Origin: Phoronis australis
Taxonomy: Eukaryota; Animalia; Phoronida
Length of the DNA: 64,000 nucleotides
Assembly (NCBI GenBank): GCA_002633005.1
Contig: NMRA01000179.1
Span: forward strand, 431,831 to 495,830
Direction: 5' to 3'
In this document: piece by piece, positions 23,460 to 37,049 of the stretch
Layout of the letters: the number at the start of each line of letters is the position of its first letter
Numbering within the stretch: the first letter of the stretch is position 1
The notes under the pieces: model-generated
The model's input: the letters and a program-made list of their open reading frames with translations, nothing else
The model's database searches: none
Told to the model about the DNA's origin: nothing
Translations under genes and position numbers: made by a program

Positions 23460-25710
23460 TTTTATTTTGTGTTTAAATGAAGTATCAAAACAACTTAGAA
23501 GTCAGTTAATTGCGAACAAATCCCTAATTTTTCCAGATCACAGCTACACCAAACATGTCACACCAAACAAAACTACACGTGTCATTAGTTCAATAATTTC
23601 AGTTTTTATTAGTATTTAAATCATAAAATATATGCGAAAGTGTAAATATGGTGATAGCCAAACTGAAGATTTGGAACCTCTGGCAATTTTGGTTGCAGTA
23701 ACTACAGAACTATTCTAGCTTTTCTTCAGTCATAAAAATAAAATCACAGCTCTTGCCCACAGACCATCCTCATCCACTGCTTGCAATCTCTCGTTGACTA
23801 CAAAGGTAGCCATCTTAGTTGTCTTCACAGGTGTTCCATTACAACTACAAGCTAACTATCAAAATTGGTGCATTTCCGCGAATATCAGTTTTCCGGTTAG
23901 TGTACTACTCCTCGAGTAAAGTAGTTCGGCATGCACTGGGCCATAAGTGATGTTTTAAAAGTTAATAGCGTCTAATTTAGTCACTGTGTGTTGTTTATAA
24001 ATGTTTGAATGTAGCTTAGTTGTATATTAAAAGAATAATCCACGTGATATTGTTAACTCTGACCAGCGTTTGTAAATCACCGAGTATATCAATGCGAACA
24101 GTCGTTTATCTTCAATCGTACCCACTGTTTGTAGTTTTTAGCTTAATAGTTCATCGATTTTTAAAAATCGAAAACCAAACTTGGTCATTTTTTTCCATCT
24201 GAATACATCTGTGATATTTGTTTTTAACGAAAACTGTTGGTTAATGCATTTTGAAAGTTCGCCAGTATGTACAAGCAGAGATGTTTCTGATCGGGTAATT
24301 ACATTTAATTGGGTCTTGCGAGCACCGGACAATGCAGTCATCGCAGCTGAATACGACTCTGTCGCCGCGCACTCTTATCTTTAGAAATGCGTGACTTTCG
24401 TGTAAGCGTATTATTCACGGCATGTTTGTTATTTTCGTATCAAAACTGAACAACACCATAGCATATTTCCATTAAATTGCCACGAGCACTATATGTACAT
24501 CAACCATAATTTTAGTTTCACAAACGGATTTATTTTCATTTCAGGAACAAGTTCATTGTTATTGTGAGGCGAGCTTCACTGGTCACCGCTCTGATTTCCT
24601 AATCCCCTGACAACTTCTATGGACCCTAATGAGCACGCCCTTGTACATGTAGATCTGAGCTAATGAAGTGGAAAGGTAATGGCTAGCACAACTTTCTTAA
24701 AATGGTGGTCGTTATTACACCCAAATTGTTTTTCTCAGGCATTTACACAGAGTTAAAGCCTGCAATGTGGAGCGCAGTTTTAACTTGGTAAATTTTAAAT
24801 CTTAACAAAAAGACTAAAAAGTTAATTTGCGTTGATCGTGGCAAAGGGCTACTTGCAAAAGGAACATTAGGTTTAAATATGTTTTATACCTTTTTCATTA
24901 CTTTAATTTAATTTTATTGCTGTGTTAGTGTTGCTATCGTTACATTTTGTGTTTAAACAAAGCATCAAAACAACTTAGAAGTCAGTTAATTGCGAACAAA
25001 TCCCTGAATTTTCCAGATTACAGCTACACCAAACATGTGTCATTAGTTCAAGCTCAAGTTCAACTTTTATTAGAGCTCAAATCATAAGATAAACACAAAA
25101 GTGTAGATATGGTTAGACACTAACTGAAGATTTGGAACCTCTGAACAATTTTGGTTGCAGTAACTATATAACTGTTCTATCTTTTCCTCAGTCATCAAAA
25201 TGAAATCACAGCTCTTGCCCACCGACCAACCTCATCCACTGCTTGCACTCTCTCGTTGACTACAGAGCTAGCCGTCTTAGTTTTCTTCACAGGTGTTCCA
25301 TTACAACGACAAGTTAACTATCGCGGAATTGAATAGCAGTTTTCCGGTTAGTGTACTACTCCTGAAGTAAAGCAGTTCGGCATGCACCGTGACTGAGCTA
25401 TTATAAGCAATGTTTTAAAAGTTATTGACATCTAATTTAGTCACTGTGTGTTGTTTATAGATGTTTCAATGTAGCTTAGTTGTATATTAAAAGAATAATC
25501 AACGCGGTATTGATAACTCTGACCAGCGTTTGTAAATCACCGAGTATATCAATGCGCATACATGTAGTCGTTTATCTTCAATCGTACCCAATGTTTGCAG
25601 TTTTTAGCTGAATAGTTCATGAATTTTTAAAAATCGAAAACCATTCTTGGTTGTTTTTTCATCTGAATACAACTGTGGTGTTCGTTTTGAACGAAAGCTG
25701 TTGGTCATTA
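23460..25710 (+). repeat. Tandem duplication, period ~1.47 kb, ~1.5 units, cut by the Copia fragment
   Basis: aaaacaacttagaagtcagttaattgcgaacaaatccc at ~23487 and ~24967; ttgtatattaaaagaataatc at 24020 and 25480. Confidence 0.85.
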
Positions 25711-26850
25711 AAGCTGAATGCTGGCACCTCAGACACAGATTATGTTATTCACGCTGAGACAGCTGCGAATCAACTGAAAGCAGCTGGAGAGACAATGAGT
25801 GACAGTCTGCTCACTGCTATGATTATTAAAGGACTGCCGTAAAACCTTCTCTACAGTCATGACCCAGAAAGAGGTATCTCCGTCATTCGCTGAGTTTAAA
25901 GCGGCCTTGAGGAGCTTTGAAGAAGCTGAGAAATACCAAGTTGCAACCACTACTGATACAACTGAAAAAGTAATGGAAACGACATTTCAAGGACATCACA
26001 AGAATAAGGAAAAGGACAACAAGAATGTCAAGTGCTACACATGTCACAGAACTGGTCACAAATCGTACGCCGAGTGTAAAAATCGGTGGTGCGACGTATT
26101 TAAAAATGGAACTCAGTGGACCAAATTCTGTCGCAAGAAAACCACAGAACATTCGGCAAAATCAGCTGCGGACAATGCTGAACATTGTGAAAATGACACT
26201 GACAATCATGTATTTATTTTTAAAGTATCGGTGGACTCCGACAGGTCAGCCTCAAAGTTAGGCGGTTTACTTGTTGATTGCGGTGCGACCGCACACATTA
26301 TTAATGACCGCCGGGTCGAAGTTCACTGAACTTGAAGGTTCATTCAAGCCAGAAAACCATTGCACTGAACTTGCAGATGGCACAAAACCATGGGGGTATA
26401 CTTTTAGCCAGAGGTAGTGCCAAAGTATCACTTACTGATAGAAATGGCCATAAGCATGGTGTATTATTAGACAAAGCATTATATGTTCCATCCTATAAAC
26501 AGGACATATTTTCAGTGCAAGCAGACACCGAAAAAGGGGCATCAGTTATGTTCACCCGCAATAACGCAGTACTAGAGACCCAAGATGGTTCCACTCAGTT
26601 TAACATTGAGAAGCAGGGTAAATTGTATTACCTTAATAGTAATCCCGTCACACAGAATAGTACTCACTCTATTGGTGTATGGTACAAGATTATGGGTCAC
26701 TGTAACGTGAAAGATATTATGAAACTAGAGAGTGTTGTACATGGAATGAAAATCACAAACAAAGATGTTCGTGTTGATTGTGAGCCATGTCTGTTAGGTA
26801 AAATGACACAATTTAGAAATCGTGCTGCTGATGAGAAAGCCAGGGCACCT
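25710..26850 (+). mobile_element. Ty1/Copia fragment (gag, CCHC knuckle, protease, pre-integrase), disrupted
   Basis: TDYVIHAETAANQLKAAGE..KGLP; CYTCHRTGHKSYAEC; LLVDCGATAHII; ALYVPSYKQDIFSV; WYKIMGHCN..CEPCLLGK; stops and frameshifts; no LTR seen. Confidence 0.9.
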
Positions 26851-29800
26851 GGTTTATACTGGCAAATAAATCCACAGCAAATCCGAACATAATGGCCTCA
26901 TCCTCAACAGCCTGTGACAACTTAGGTACCCTTGACTGGGTCAAACTTGAGTGTAAGGACCTTACTCCCGATGGTCCTGACTCACAGGTCAGGGTACCAC
27001 GTGATGAGTCCAGGCGATCTACCTCCTGTGTTCAAGGCCTTCTGTCTTGTCTCAGAGGAAGTTTAAAGGTTTTCAAACTCCTTTCTGCTCTAAAAACAAC
27101 AAATCTCAGGACTCGTTCTGATGTTAACAAATTTTCAGATGACATTAACAATGCCCTGACCAAGTCACTAGATGTTTCCTGCCCCAAACGCTGTATTAAG
27201 GTCACTGGGAAACCAAAGCAGGAGATTTGGTGGACCAAAGCACTGGCAGCACTTCGACGAGCGCTAGGATGCATATCATCTTGCCTATCGTATGTTTAAG
27301 TCCGGCACACGCTAAGCAAAGCGTAATTCCTGGAGAAACTTCTGTCAGCAAACTAACAGCCTAGCTGCATCTGCAAGGCTGGTGCAATTGCTTAAGAAGA
27401 ACCACTCCTTAGACTCAAGATCATTCAAAAAGAGGATGGCTCATACACACGCTCCGCTGAAGAAATACTCGAAGTCTTGATGCGTAAGCACTATCCTGAT
27501 AGTGCAAACCTATCGAATCAAATGTTCTGAAGTGACGGACTCCGAGGAGTGGGAACCATTAGCTTATACTGATGTTGAAAACGTAGCCACACCACATCTC
27601 GTGGAGTTGGCTCTAAAGTCTTTTAAACCATGGAAGTCCCTAGGACAAGACATGATATACACCGGTGACCTAAAGTCGTGAATATACATGTAAGCATAAT
27701 AAGCAGTTGATTGCCATACCACCCAATGTCCGTTTGCAACTGCTCATTTGATGTCATGGACATATATCAGCCTTCACAAATATACGTGTTTTGACAATCT
27801 TAATCCTTGTTTGTATCCGTAAGCAGAATTTTAAAACAGTCGCTGATATCGCCCGCCATTTTGAATGAGGCCCTAAAGTCGTGAACGTTTCGTTTAGACG
27901 GAAATGCACGAAGTATGACCACCCAAGTCAACTACAGTGCTAACAGTTACTCTAGATGACATAAAAATGCATTGCATTGTTTATTAATTCAGTTTCAATT
28001 GAAATAAGTTGTTACATGTTTTGCACCCAACTTTGATGTGCACAGACGTTTTCATTGAGGTTGTTCACATAAAACGCTAAGAACCCAGCATCAATTATCG
28101 CTCTGTATTTTATTGTTTTGGCCTTACAAAACTTGATCGACCCTGGGACATTTTGATACATTGTTCAAGCTACCCCTGGAGCGCGTGTTTGGGTAAATCT
28201 GAACGATAAATATGTCCGAAAATATATCCCAAAAATGCACAAAAAGTGAATTAGTGAAATATACTGTTTTTAAGATATATTTGAAAAAAGAAGCCACTCA
28301 CTCACTGTTTGTTATCATATTGTGAATACGAACACGTCCGGGTATTCGTGTGACGTTCGTAAGCAGACGAACGCTGGAAACTTCAACGCCAGATGTCGCA
28401 GGACCGCGCAGAAGAGGAAATAAGATCGTTCACGACTTTAGGGGACGCACGACTTTAAGACCTCTGACATTATATCCTACAATGCTGCAAGAGGCTGGGA
28501 AAACCAGTATTTCAAATACTCACAGCGACCTACAAAGCCAGTTTTAGACTAGGTTATATCCCCAAGACTTGGAATGAAGCTGGGGTAGTCTTCATTCCTA
28601 AACCAGGGAATAACTCATGCGTTTTGGCTGAATCATGTAGACCTACATGTACAACCTTAACATCCTTCTTTCTCAAAGGACTGGAAAGGCTCATTCTGTG
28701 GCATCTTGATAAACAAGGCATGGAGAACAAACTTCAGAACAACCAGTATGCTTATAGGCCTGGCTACTCTACGGAGACACCTCGACATCATCTGGTCGCT
28801 ACACTGGAAAGGGCTGCTTTTAATAAGCAATTTGCCCTCTGCACCTTCATTGATCTTGTTGGTGCTTTCAGCAATATTAAGCATGACGCGATCTGAATTG
28901 CACTAAACCACTTTAAGGTGAATAGGTGTCTTACGAAGTGTATCATTAACATGCTGGGAAGTCAATCTGTGACTGCTTGTCTAGACGATGTGAGTGTGGC
29001 AGTTCGCATCACCAGGGGAACACCTCAGGGTGGCGCTGCCTCACCCACCCTCTTTAACATGGTTATTGATGGTCTGCTTCTATAATTATCTACTGACTTG
29101 GGTCAATGCTTGATGTTCAAGCATATGCAGATGATATTGAAATCAGTGTGTCTAGCATCGATCCTGACACAAGTCGCTATCTTGCTCAAAGAGCACTGAA
29201 TACAACAAACACATGGGCTAAGTCAGTTGGCTAAGAAGTTAGTGGTAGCAAAAAAGGTGATTATGTTCACTTGGAAGCTTAAGTGGTCAACACTGAATGA
29301 TAAACATGTTGATCTTATAGACAAGACGACTTATGTAGGTGTCATTTTACACCATCGTCTTTCCTGGACCCCGCATATTACAGAAAAAACTCAAAACGCA
29401 AAACTCTATTGGTGAGATGCAGACGTGCGAAGGGTTAAATTTGGGGAACGTCTCCTATGGATATGTTTTGAATTTATACTGCTGTTATTCGACCTATAGT
29501 GTCCTATGCTGCGTCGGTATGGGTAACAACATTAAAACAGACAACAATTATCATCTAACTTAAACAGCTGCAACGTCTAGCTTGTTTGTGCATAACCTCT
29601 GCTTTTCCAGGAACGCCTTCTGCAGCCCTAGACATGCTATTCGGTCTACCACCACTGTACATATACCTTGAGGGTGAAGCTGCATGTGCTGCCGTTTGTT
29701 TCAAATGTAATGGTCAGTGGGTGAAAAACACATCCCCGACTCCGTTGCATGCAGAAGCCACAGGCATGTTTGCAACAAGCTAATGGCCAAGACTTGGCAA

Positions 29801-30870
29801 CTATGGAACATGCCTATTGATGTCCAGGTCATAAATTTAAGTCATACAATTTCTTCACGGAAATTGGTGATGGATGGCCTACCAAAGAAGACAAGAATGA
29901 GGTGGTTTGTTATACGGACGGCTCTAAACTGGAAAATGGCCAGACAGGTGCTGGAGTCTATTTTCCAAGTCTTCTTGTTGCATATGCAGAAAATTGAGTA
30001 TCGCTAGGAAATCTTGCCACGTGTTTCAGGCTGAGATCACTGCAATTAATAGAGCTGCTCAACTGGCAAAACAATATAACACCGAGCTGGGCAATAAGCC
30101 AATTACCATCTTTTCAGATAGTTAGGCAGCAATAAAAGCCCTAAAGAAACCAAGGTCAACTCTCGTTGTGTTAATGCTTGTATTAATGAGCTTAACAAGC
30201 TTGCAATTGAAAGAATCGTCAATACACGCTGGGTCAGGGCCCATGTGGGAATTGATGGCGATGAGAATGCAGACATAGGAGCAAGCGTTCTGCATTTTGT
30301 GCCTGAACCTGCTAACCCGGTATCGTACGGATGTTGCAGGATGAGTATACGCAACTGGGTACATACATGTACCCAGTCAGCAGCCCAGTGGGCATCACAT
30401 AACTCCCGCAGAGAGACCAAAGAGAACTTTCTCAACGTGATCAAACGGAAAGGTTCAAAAAACTTTCTGAGTTTAGACAGATTGGGCATAAGACACGTCA
30501 TTCAAATTTTGACGGGCCACTGTGACCTTGCCAGACACAGACACATTACTTGGCATATGGGGAGCCCAGTGTGTACCAAGTGTGGTACTGACTTAGAATC
30601 ACCTAAACACCTGATAGAGTCTTGACCACCTTTTTATAGGCTAAAGAGCAATCTGTTGGGTGGCGCTGTTACATGCCTTCAACATATTGTGCATGGCAAC
30701 AAATGGAAACGTCTGTCCCCTTTCTTAAAGGAGACTGGCAGACTTGAAAACTTCCTTCACGAAGAACCATAATGGGGCTCTCGTGCTTTAGCTCAGGTGT
30801 TTTGTGCAATGGGCCCAACCATGAGGCTTGCGCACGTCTGATGCACCGCAAATGACATCAGGCCACCTGC
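26851..30870 (+). mobile_element. 5'-truncated non-LTR retrotransposon with RT, RNase H and C-terminal CCHC (I-group, LOA/R1-like), decayed
   Basis: WWTKAL, SWRNFC, FIPKPGK, NQYAYRPGYSTET, FIDLVGAF, GTPQGG..SP.LF, AYADD; RNase H YTDGSK, FQAEITAI, IFSDS, WVRAHVGIDGDENAD; GHC..CTKC..ES.KHL. Confidence 0.9.
27660..28470. mobile_element. Non-autonomous element inserted in the LINE, TATA duplication, dissimilar termini
   Basis: Removing it and one TATA restores the LINE frame GQDMIYPTMLQE; taaagtcgtg occurs at ~27671 and ~27874 and inverted at ~28431 and ~28448. Confidence 0.8.
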
Positions 30871-32829
30871 ACTGTTTTTTTAAAGATCCTTTTGATTTAA
30901 CACGAATATAGAAAGAAACTTTAGGAAAAAAGGTTCAAAATACTATCACTTCAGACAACTACCAACCATAAACTCTGTAAATCTGAATAAACTATAGTGA
31001 CTTAACAACCTTCACTACTGGACTTGCTATGCCTGTAGAAGGAGGCATACCACAAAAAGAGTGTCCTTTGTGACATGCAGCAGTTGTACTATTTTTTGAA
31101 GGCGTGGACGTTAACACACTGAAGGACTCGTCGTATACATGTAGCTACAGTTCAACTGAAAAATATCAAACGCATTCAGTTATGTTTGTTTGGCTAAATC
31201 TCACTTAAAAATCATGAAAAAACGATGAAATGCAATTAAAAATCAACCCACCAGCTAATTCAGGCTCCGTATTATTCTAAAATTATTTACATAATACCGT
31301 ATTTTGAACGACTGTTCAGGCCAATGAAGAGGAAAAAATGTGCGTTCAAGATCGCTTTTTTGCGTTCACGATCGCCATAAAGAATTAACGCCGTCTCACA
31401 CAAGGACCTGCTTGTATTGGTAATTATCTCAAATTGTTTGACAAATCATAACTAACAAAGGTGTCACCGAGACGATTAAACTATTAACGTCACAAGTCTC
31501 TTCTTAAGAACACCGGATTGCTAATAACAAGTAGAAATTGTCGATTTTACGAGGCGCAAGGCATTTTACCGAAAATGACGCTTAAACTCACCGGGTACGT
31601 CACTGTCGTCTGCCATTTTTGGTTCAAGGTCTCGTTCTCCATCTCCTGCAGTGCGTTCTCGATCGCGGGTTGGCCGGGGTGTAAATGGCACTCGAAATTA
31701 ATTTTGGTGTTTTCTGTGCGAGCTCACGAAATAAGGGTCTATGATTGTGCGCTCGAGTGCATGTGAAATATAGTCCAAGGTAACACCTGATGCCCCCCCA
31801 AACTCAAGTACAAACATTGAATACAAATTTCGAGCTTCGACTCTTAATACTGGGGTCATCAAGAGCACGTTAATATTAGACAGTTATCGACGTAAGTCAT
31901 GATATACTAACAGATATTTATGTCGAGTTTTCAAATGGTAGAATAGCCAGTGCCAAGATAACTTGGAGTTCGATTTCTAGCAAAAAGATAAGACCCCGTA
32001 CCCAGATTTCCAACCAGAAAAACATTTTTCGTCACCGTCGTGACATATCTTATACCGAATTCGATTTTTGGAATATAAGGCCGGGATTATATTTGGGTAC
32101 TTGAAAGGTAACCATACGCTATGTCATTTTCCAATTCGTTCCAGTGTCAGAATTTAAGACAAGTCTCTTGCCCTCGTTGCTCCGTCACTCACAGGTCTGA
32201 ATCATTGATATTATCCCAATCGGACAGCGCAAAAGTTTTTGTTTTTGGTATGGTGTCTTCCACTAGAAATAAGGTCTTGAAATATAACTCGGTAGAAGAA
32301 TGTCTCTTATTTGTCTAAATTTTCTAATTCCTAATTTCAGTATGTAATTTATTTATTTTAAATACCATTGTAACATTATTTACCGTAACTCGTTATTATT
32401 ATCACATGCATAATTGTATCCTTGACGCGTTATAACTCTCTGGAGACCTCCTGGAAACCAAAGTTTATTCATATAGAATAAACAATGTTGGTCGAAAGTA
32501 TGAAAACGATGGTTTCTAACCTTGAAGCCGTGGCTAACCTTAGCTTAGTATGGCAATAAATCTGACTAAATAACCTTGTTTTTAAAATGTCTTCCTAAAA
32601 CTGCTTAGGGGTGTTGATGTAGTACCATCATTTATAAAATCAATTTGTCTATTTACATCAACCTCTACATGTATGGCCTATTTGCAATGGGCAAGACATT
32701 TCGGTCGGTTATTTCTCCGGCCATCTTCAGGTGTTATGAACGAGCACGGGTGTATGGTACACTCATGGTGGTCTGTTAAGAGCACTTTCCCCTTTTTTCT
32801 TTGACGAAAGCTGGATTGAACTAGAAGCC

Positions 32830-33180
32830 TTTAGATTATCAATCCAGTCAAACAAAAGGATATGGAAAAAAGAAGGACGCATCTCTTAAAACCCATGAGA
32901 ATGTTGCGAATCCTACATAAGTGAAACATTAAGGTCATTGGAAAACATGATTTCTGAATACAGGAAATGCTTCAGAGAAGGCAACAGTTCTTCTGGAGTA
33001 GCAGAGCACATATGGACAAAACAACATAACATTTTGGGCAATAACATCTGGAAAATTGACAGCAAAACATCCTAGACCAAAAGAAAACCAAGGATCCTAT
33101 GTACGTGAAGCTAAAAGGCTATGTCTAAGTAAGCCAAGCAAGCAGCCATTTGAACTATGACTACCACTCCTAAGGAAGAT
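32830..33180 (+). mobile_element. Penelope-like element remnant (GIY-YIG endonuclease C-terminal part)
   Basis: CCESYISETLRSLENMISEYRKC..SGVAEHIWTKQHNI matches C..YIGET.R.L..R..EH..S.VAEH..H.I. Confidence 0.7.
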
Positions 33181-33536
33181 ATGAGTATACCAAATTTCCC
33201 TCAAAATTAATGGATGGTACTGTACTGCTTAGTTTATTGAAATAATCATCTAAAAGTTCCTAGTTCAAGCCCAGCTTCCTCCAAAAAGGGAGGGAAAGCT
33301 CATCATTGTCCGCCATGAGTGTACCACACACCCTTGCTCGTTCTTCTAAAAACGCTGCAGCACCTAACGATGGCCTGGGAAAGACCGACCGAAACATCAC
33401 GCCAATGTAAATAGCATAAAGGTTGGTGTAGATAGAACAATAGATGTGAGGGACGACGCACTTAACCTTGAAACTTGTCGTTATCATGACAGTAAATTAT
33501 TTCATCTCTGGCGACAGACAACAAGATACAATGTAC

Positions 33537-33720
33537 CTGAATAGAAGATTCTTAACATCATTGAGAGCTTGTTGCGTTTTCGTCATCAAAACATATCCGT
33601 TTCTGCTCCCACAGAAGTGTCGCACTCTAGGGTAATGATAATCTTCTTTTTCGTAGTTGAATAACGTGTAGCATTTTAAGTTACTGGCGTGACTCCAGCC
33701 AGCAGGACACCTAGGGACAT
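33537..33720 (-). CDS. C-type lectin domain, first exon (DVPRCPAGW..KCY..FCGSRNGYVL..)
   Basis: cttacag acceptor phase 1, GTACAT donor phase 2, 184 bp; CP.GW and CY long-form CTLD motifs. Confidence 0.9.
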
Positions 33721-34437
33721 CTGTAAGAAATTGTATTGATAAGGGGTAGTATTCATAGGTGTAAACACCAACATTATTTCGGATCGTCTTCATTACCCTG
33801 AATCCCATAACATTCAGCTGGTCTTTGTAAATTTTGAAAAAGTTTTTGACTTTGTGTACTTAAATTTTGTTTATAACTGCTTTTAATTTTGATCACGGTC
33901 TAATTCAGTGGGACCGTCTGTTAAATGACAGCGTTGGTCTAACGTTGCTCAATACAGTATCACCTCTATTTTCCTGTAGTCGATGTTGTCACCAGGGCGT
34001 AATCCTTTTTGCTGTAGAGATCATGTCTGTCATGTTACTACGTGTGTGAAAATGATAGCAAATACCTCAGTTTATCAGGTGACCGTCTTCTGAGCTTGTA
34101 GGCCTATGTCTGAAATACTCAGGGCTTAAACCAAACATGGGAACGATACACTGTGTCCCCGAGACGGTAACAAAGAGTGTCAATCGTAATAATTTTGTAT
34201 AACGAGATTGCTGGGAAAGGAGATCAATAAAAATAATCTAGGGTGATGAAGTATTAAGCTGCATATCTACAAAGCTATAGATTTTTCAAAAGCACATATT
34301 TTCTGAAATTAAAAACATTCGGTTATTGACTTTTTACCAATTATTAATTTGATCACATGACCATATCTTTTTGTAAAACCTAGAAAAAAAAGATACATGG
34401 CAAGCAAAACAGCGGTATCAATAACATCATTAAGAGG

Positions 34438-34502
34438 AGGTAGTGTAGCTTATTGGGCTAACTGTCCGCTTCTCTTACTCAAGGTCACGGGTTCGAGAGC
34501 CA
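34438..34502 (+). repeat. tRNA-derived SINE-like head
   Basis: A-box-like tgtagcttattgg and B-box gggttcgagagcc; no complete cloverleaf. Confidence 0.45.
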
Positions 34503-35178
34503 TTGGAACACTCTACTATTTCCGTGAGTCATATCTCTAGCTCGTCAGCTCGGTTTAACGTATATATTAATGAAGGAATGGTTCCAGGTGATCAGTTCAA
34601 TGGGCCACCTGAGTATCTTCGCCCTTCTGGTAAAACGTGTACTAGACCACCTGAAATTATTTTTTTAACACGATTGTATTTATATAAATGGTCATAGTGC
34701 GATCTCTAAAAAACAGTTAAAGTTTTTGTAATTGACAGAAGCAGAAACGTATAAAACAAATGTAAAATATATTGACAGGAATTAAGAATGACATCACAAA
34801 AGGATGACGTCATAGAAAATTATAACATCACAACAAGTTTTCTACGACATTATCTTGCTTTTGTTTTATGCAAATTTGATTTTCATGATTATCATAAAAG
34901 GCACATTTTGGATAACCCTCACACAAAGGGGAACATTCTAAAACAATTCCTAACGCAGTTTTGGTGAATAGTGAATAAACAATAGTACCTAAACGTTTCA
35001 TATCAATATAATAAGTTGTTATAAGTGGGATACCCATATTTGGACACTTTTAAGGTCCTGCACAGCCTTAATAAGCAAGTAATTGTTACCACAGCTGTCG
35101 TCCTGCGTACACAAATCTGAAAAATGAGTAAAACGTTACATGTGTATGAACACGTACATGTATATTTCATATACACAC

Positions 35179-35445
35179 CTTGACAAGTCGTTTCAATATG
35201 CTGGGTCCCATTATGTAGTTGGAAATCATCAATGCCAATGTCACTGGAAGACCAGTTCTGAGATTTGAATTCGCATGATCTGTTGTGCTCAATATAGTCC
35301 GTTGATTGACAAGTAAGGTTGAGGTGACACAATCGGGCGCAGTCTTCTACTGTTCCAAGGACCGTAGCAGTGTAAACAGAGTGGCCAACTAGTCGTCGAT
35401 TCGCAAGAGTAGTTATCTGAAGATACTCTGACCCTTGGCAGTATC
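35179..35445 (-). CDS. PAN/apple domain exon
   Basis: NRRLVGH..TVEDCARLCHLNLTCQSTDY..SCEF pattern; cttcag acceptor, GTGTGT donor; 267 bp, phase 1-1. Confidence 0.88.
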
Positions 35446-36183
35446 CTGAAGCAGAGATCAAACGGCTGATTAATTCTCTGGACTTTGTCGGAAAACAATC
35501 TGCTAGATTTCTTCGACTATGATAACCTTATTCTCATTATCAAACCAAGTGCGGAAAACGCGTATCTTAGGATGCTCTCTCCGGAGAATTGCGTATCCGT
35601 CACTCCATCACTTTAGAAAATACATTGTCATTTTTCTCTTATCAAATCTTTGACTTCTCATTGTTATTGTCACTTGAAAAGATTTCATTTATGTCAGCTT
35701 TTTGCTATTTCCATATGCGAAGCATTTAACATTCGAAAATACGTAGCAAAGTGTAGATTTAGCACACACAAAGTAGTCACAGTTGCAGGTGGCGCACAGG
35801 GCGCACTTCGCTATCGGTCCTGGTCGCCACGAAATTTCTCTGGCCCACTCCCTCCAACTGGGCTCATGTTTGACATTATTTTCCATGACAAAAACTGTAG
35901 AGCTTCAAAAAAACCTGGGCCTAACATCTTAGCGACACTGATAACACTATGAAAAGGCAAAAATGCATAACGAATACATAAATTTAAAATAAGTGAAAAA
36001 GTATTGGTAAGAAAAGTGCCACAAGCAGGAGGCTAGAAATTACCACGTCAAGTGATATATGTATCAATACAAAATTGATACGGCTACTTTAACGCTTTCT
36101 GATGCAAAGTTGGTCTCAGGTTGTTCCATACTCAGTCAAGTCTTCGTGTGCTAAGAGCCGATCGTCCGTTATGACCTAAAACC

Positions 36184-37049
36184 CACAGGCGTCCTCAGCT
36201 TCTGATCGTCCCCAATACACTACATATAATACTACAAGGTATGACACTTCCAACCAGAAATTCCACGGGTGCTTCACTTCAGCCGTCCATAGCAAACATA
36301 AAACTCAATAAATTTACACAAAACAGAGGTTCAACAAACCATGAAGAATTGTTCTTTCTCCCAATACCATTCACGGTGTTCTGTTCCGGCGACTTCGTAA
36401 GAAATTCGCAGTCAAAGAACAAAAATATTCACAAAAAACCCCCGCGCACGTCCATCGGTTGCCGCTCGAGGTCAAGGACGGTACGGAAATTGCCGGTGAG
36501 TTACGGAAGTACCGACATCGGTCGCGTAAAGTCACGATGTCGGTACTTCCGGTGAGAATTGGCGAAGGTTGAAAACTTATACCTTAAAAAATCTATTCCA
36601 TCCAACACTAATAAAATCTCAATCGTAAAACGGTAGCGTCTTCCTAAACTGTCATAACTTTTGTCTACATCCAATTTTCTAACACGGCTTTTGCGACCTG
36701 GAAAAATATCAGTTTCGTCCCGACAAAAGTACACGTAAGCCAGAAAGTGCTTTTTTGCCATCGCATTGGCTTGTAAACTGAAATAAAACAATGAAGCGAA
36801 TCTGGGTGAAAAGTTACTCCTAAAAACGGGCATATTACTTGAATCGGGAATTTAAAACAACTGGTAATCCAACAAACACTGCGTGAACTGCGTCTCCAAA
36901 GTAGGTCCATGAGCTTGTGATCGAAAAAATGCAAATACACATGCAACTCTAAGGGAGCATTTGGATGATCTCGGGTATTTTTCATTTCCATCGGTGCTGA
37001 ACGTTATCTGTGTATATGGGGGGACTTTAATAATGTGGTTAGTCGTGTG
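36184..37049. mobile_element. Non-autonomous CMC/EnSpm-like element, CAC...GTG ends, 2-bp CC TSD
   Basis: cc|cacagg..gtccccaatacac at left; gtgtatatgggggac..gtcgtgtg|cc at right; second partial copy at 14881. Confidence 0.65.

Larger units (their letters stand above)
22890..31681. mobile_element. 8.8-kb CAC...GTG TIR element with 5-bp TSD (TAAAT) containing nested insertions
   Basis: cacccggccaacccgcgatcgagaac at 22890 vs gttctcgatcgcgggttggccggggtg ending 31681; taaat flanks both ends; the gcgatcgagaacgca motif recurs subterminally (~23270 and inverted ~31340-31375). Confidence 0.8.
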
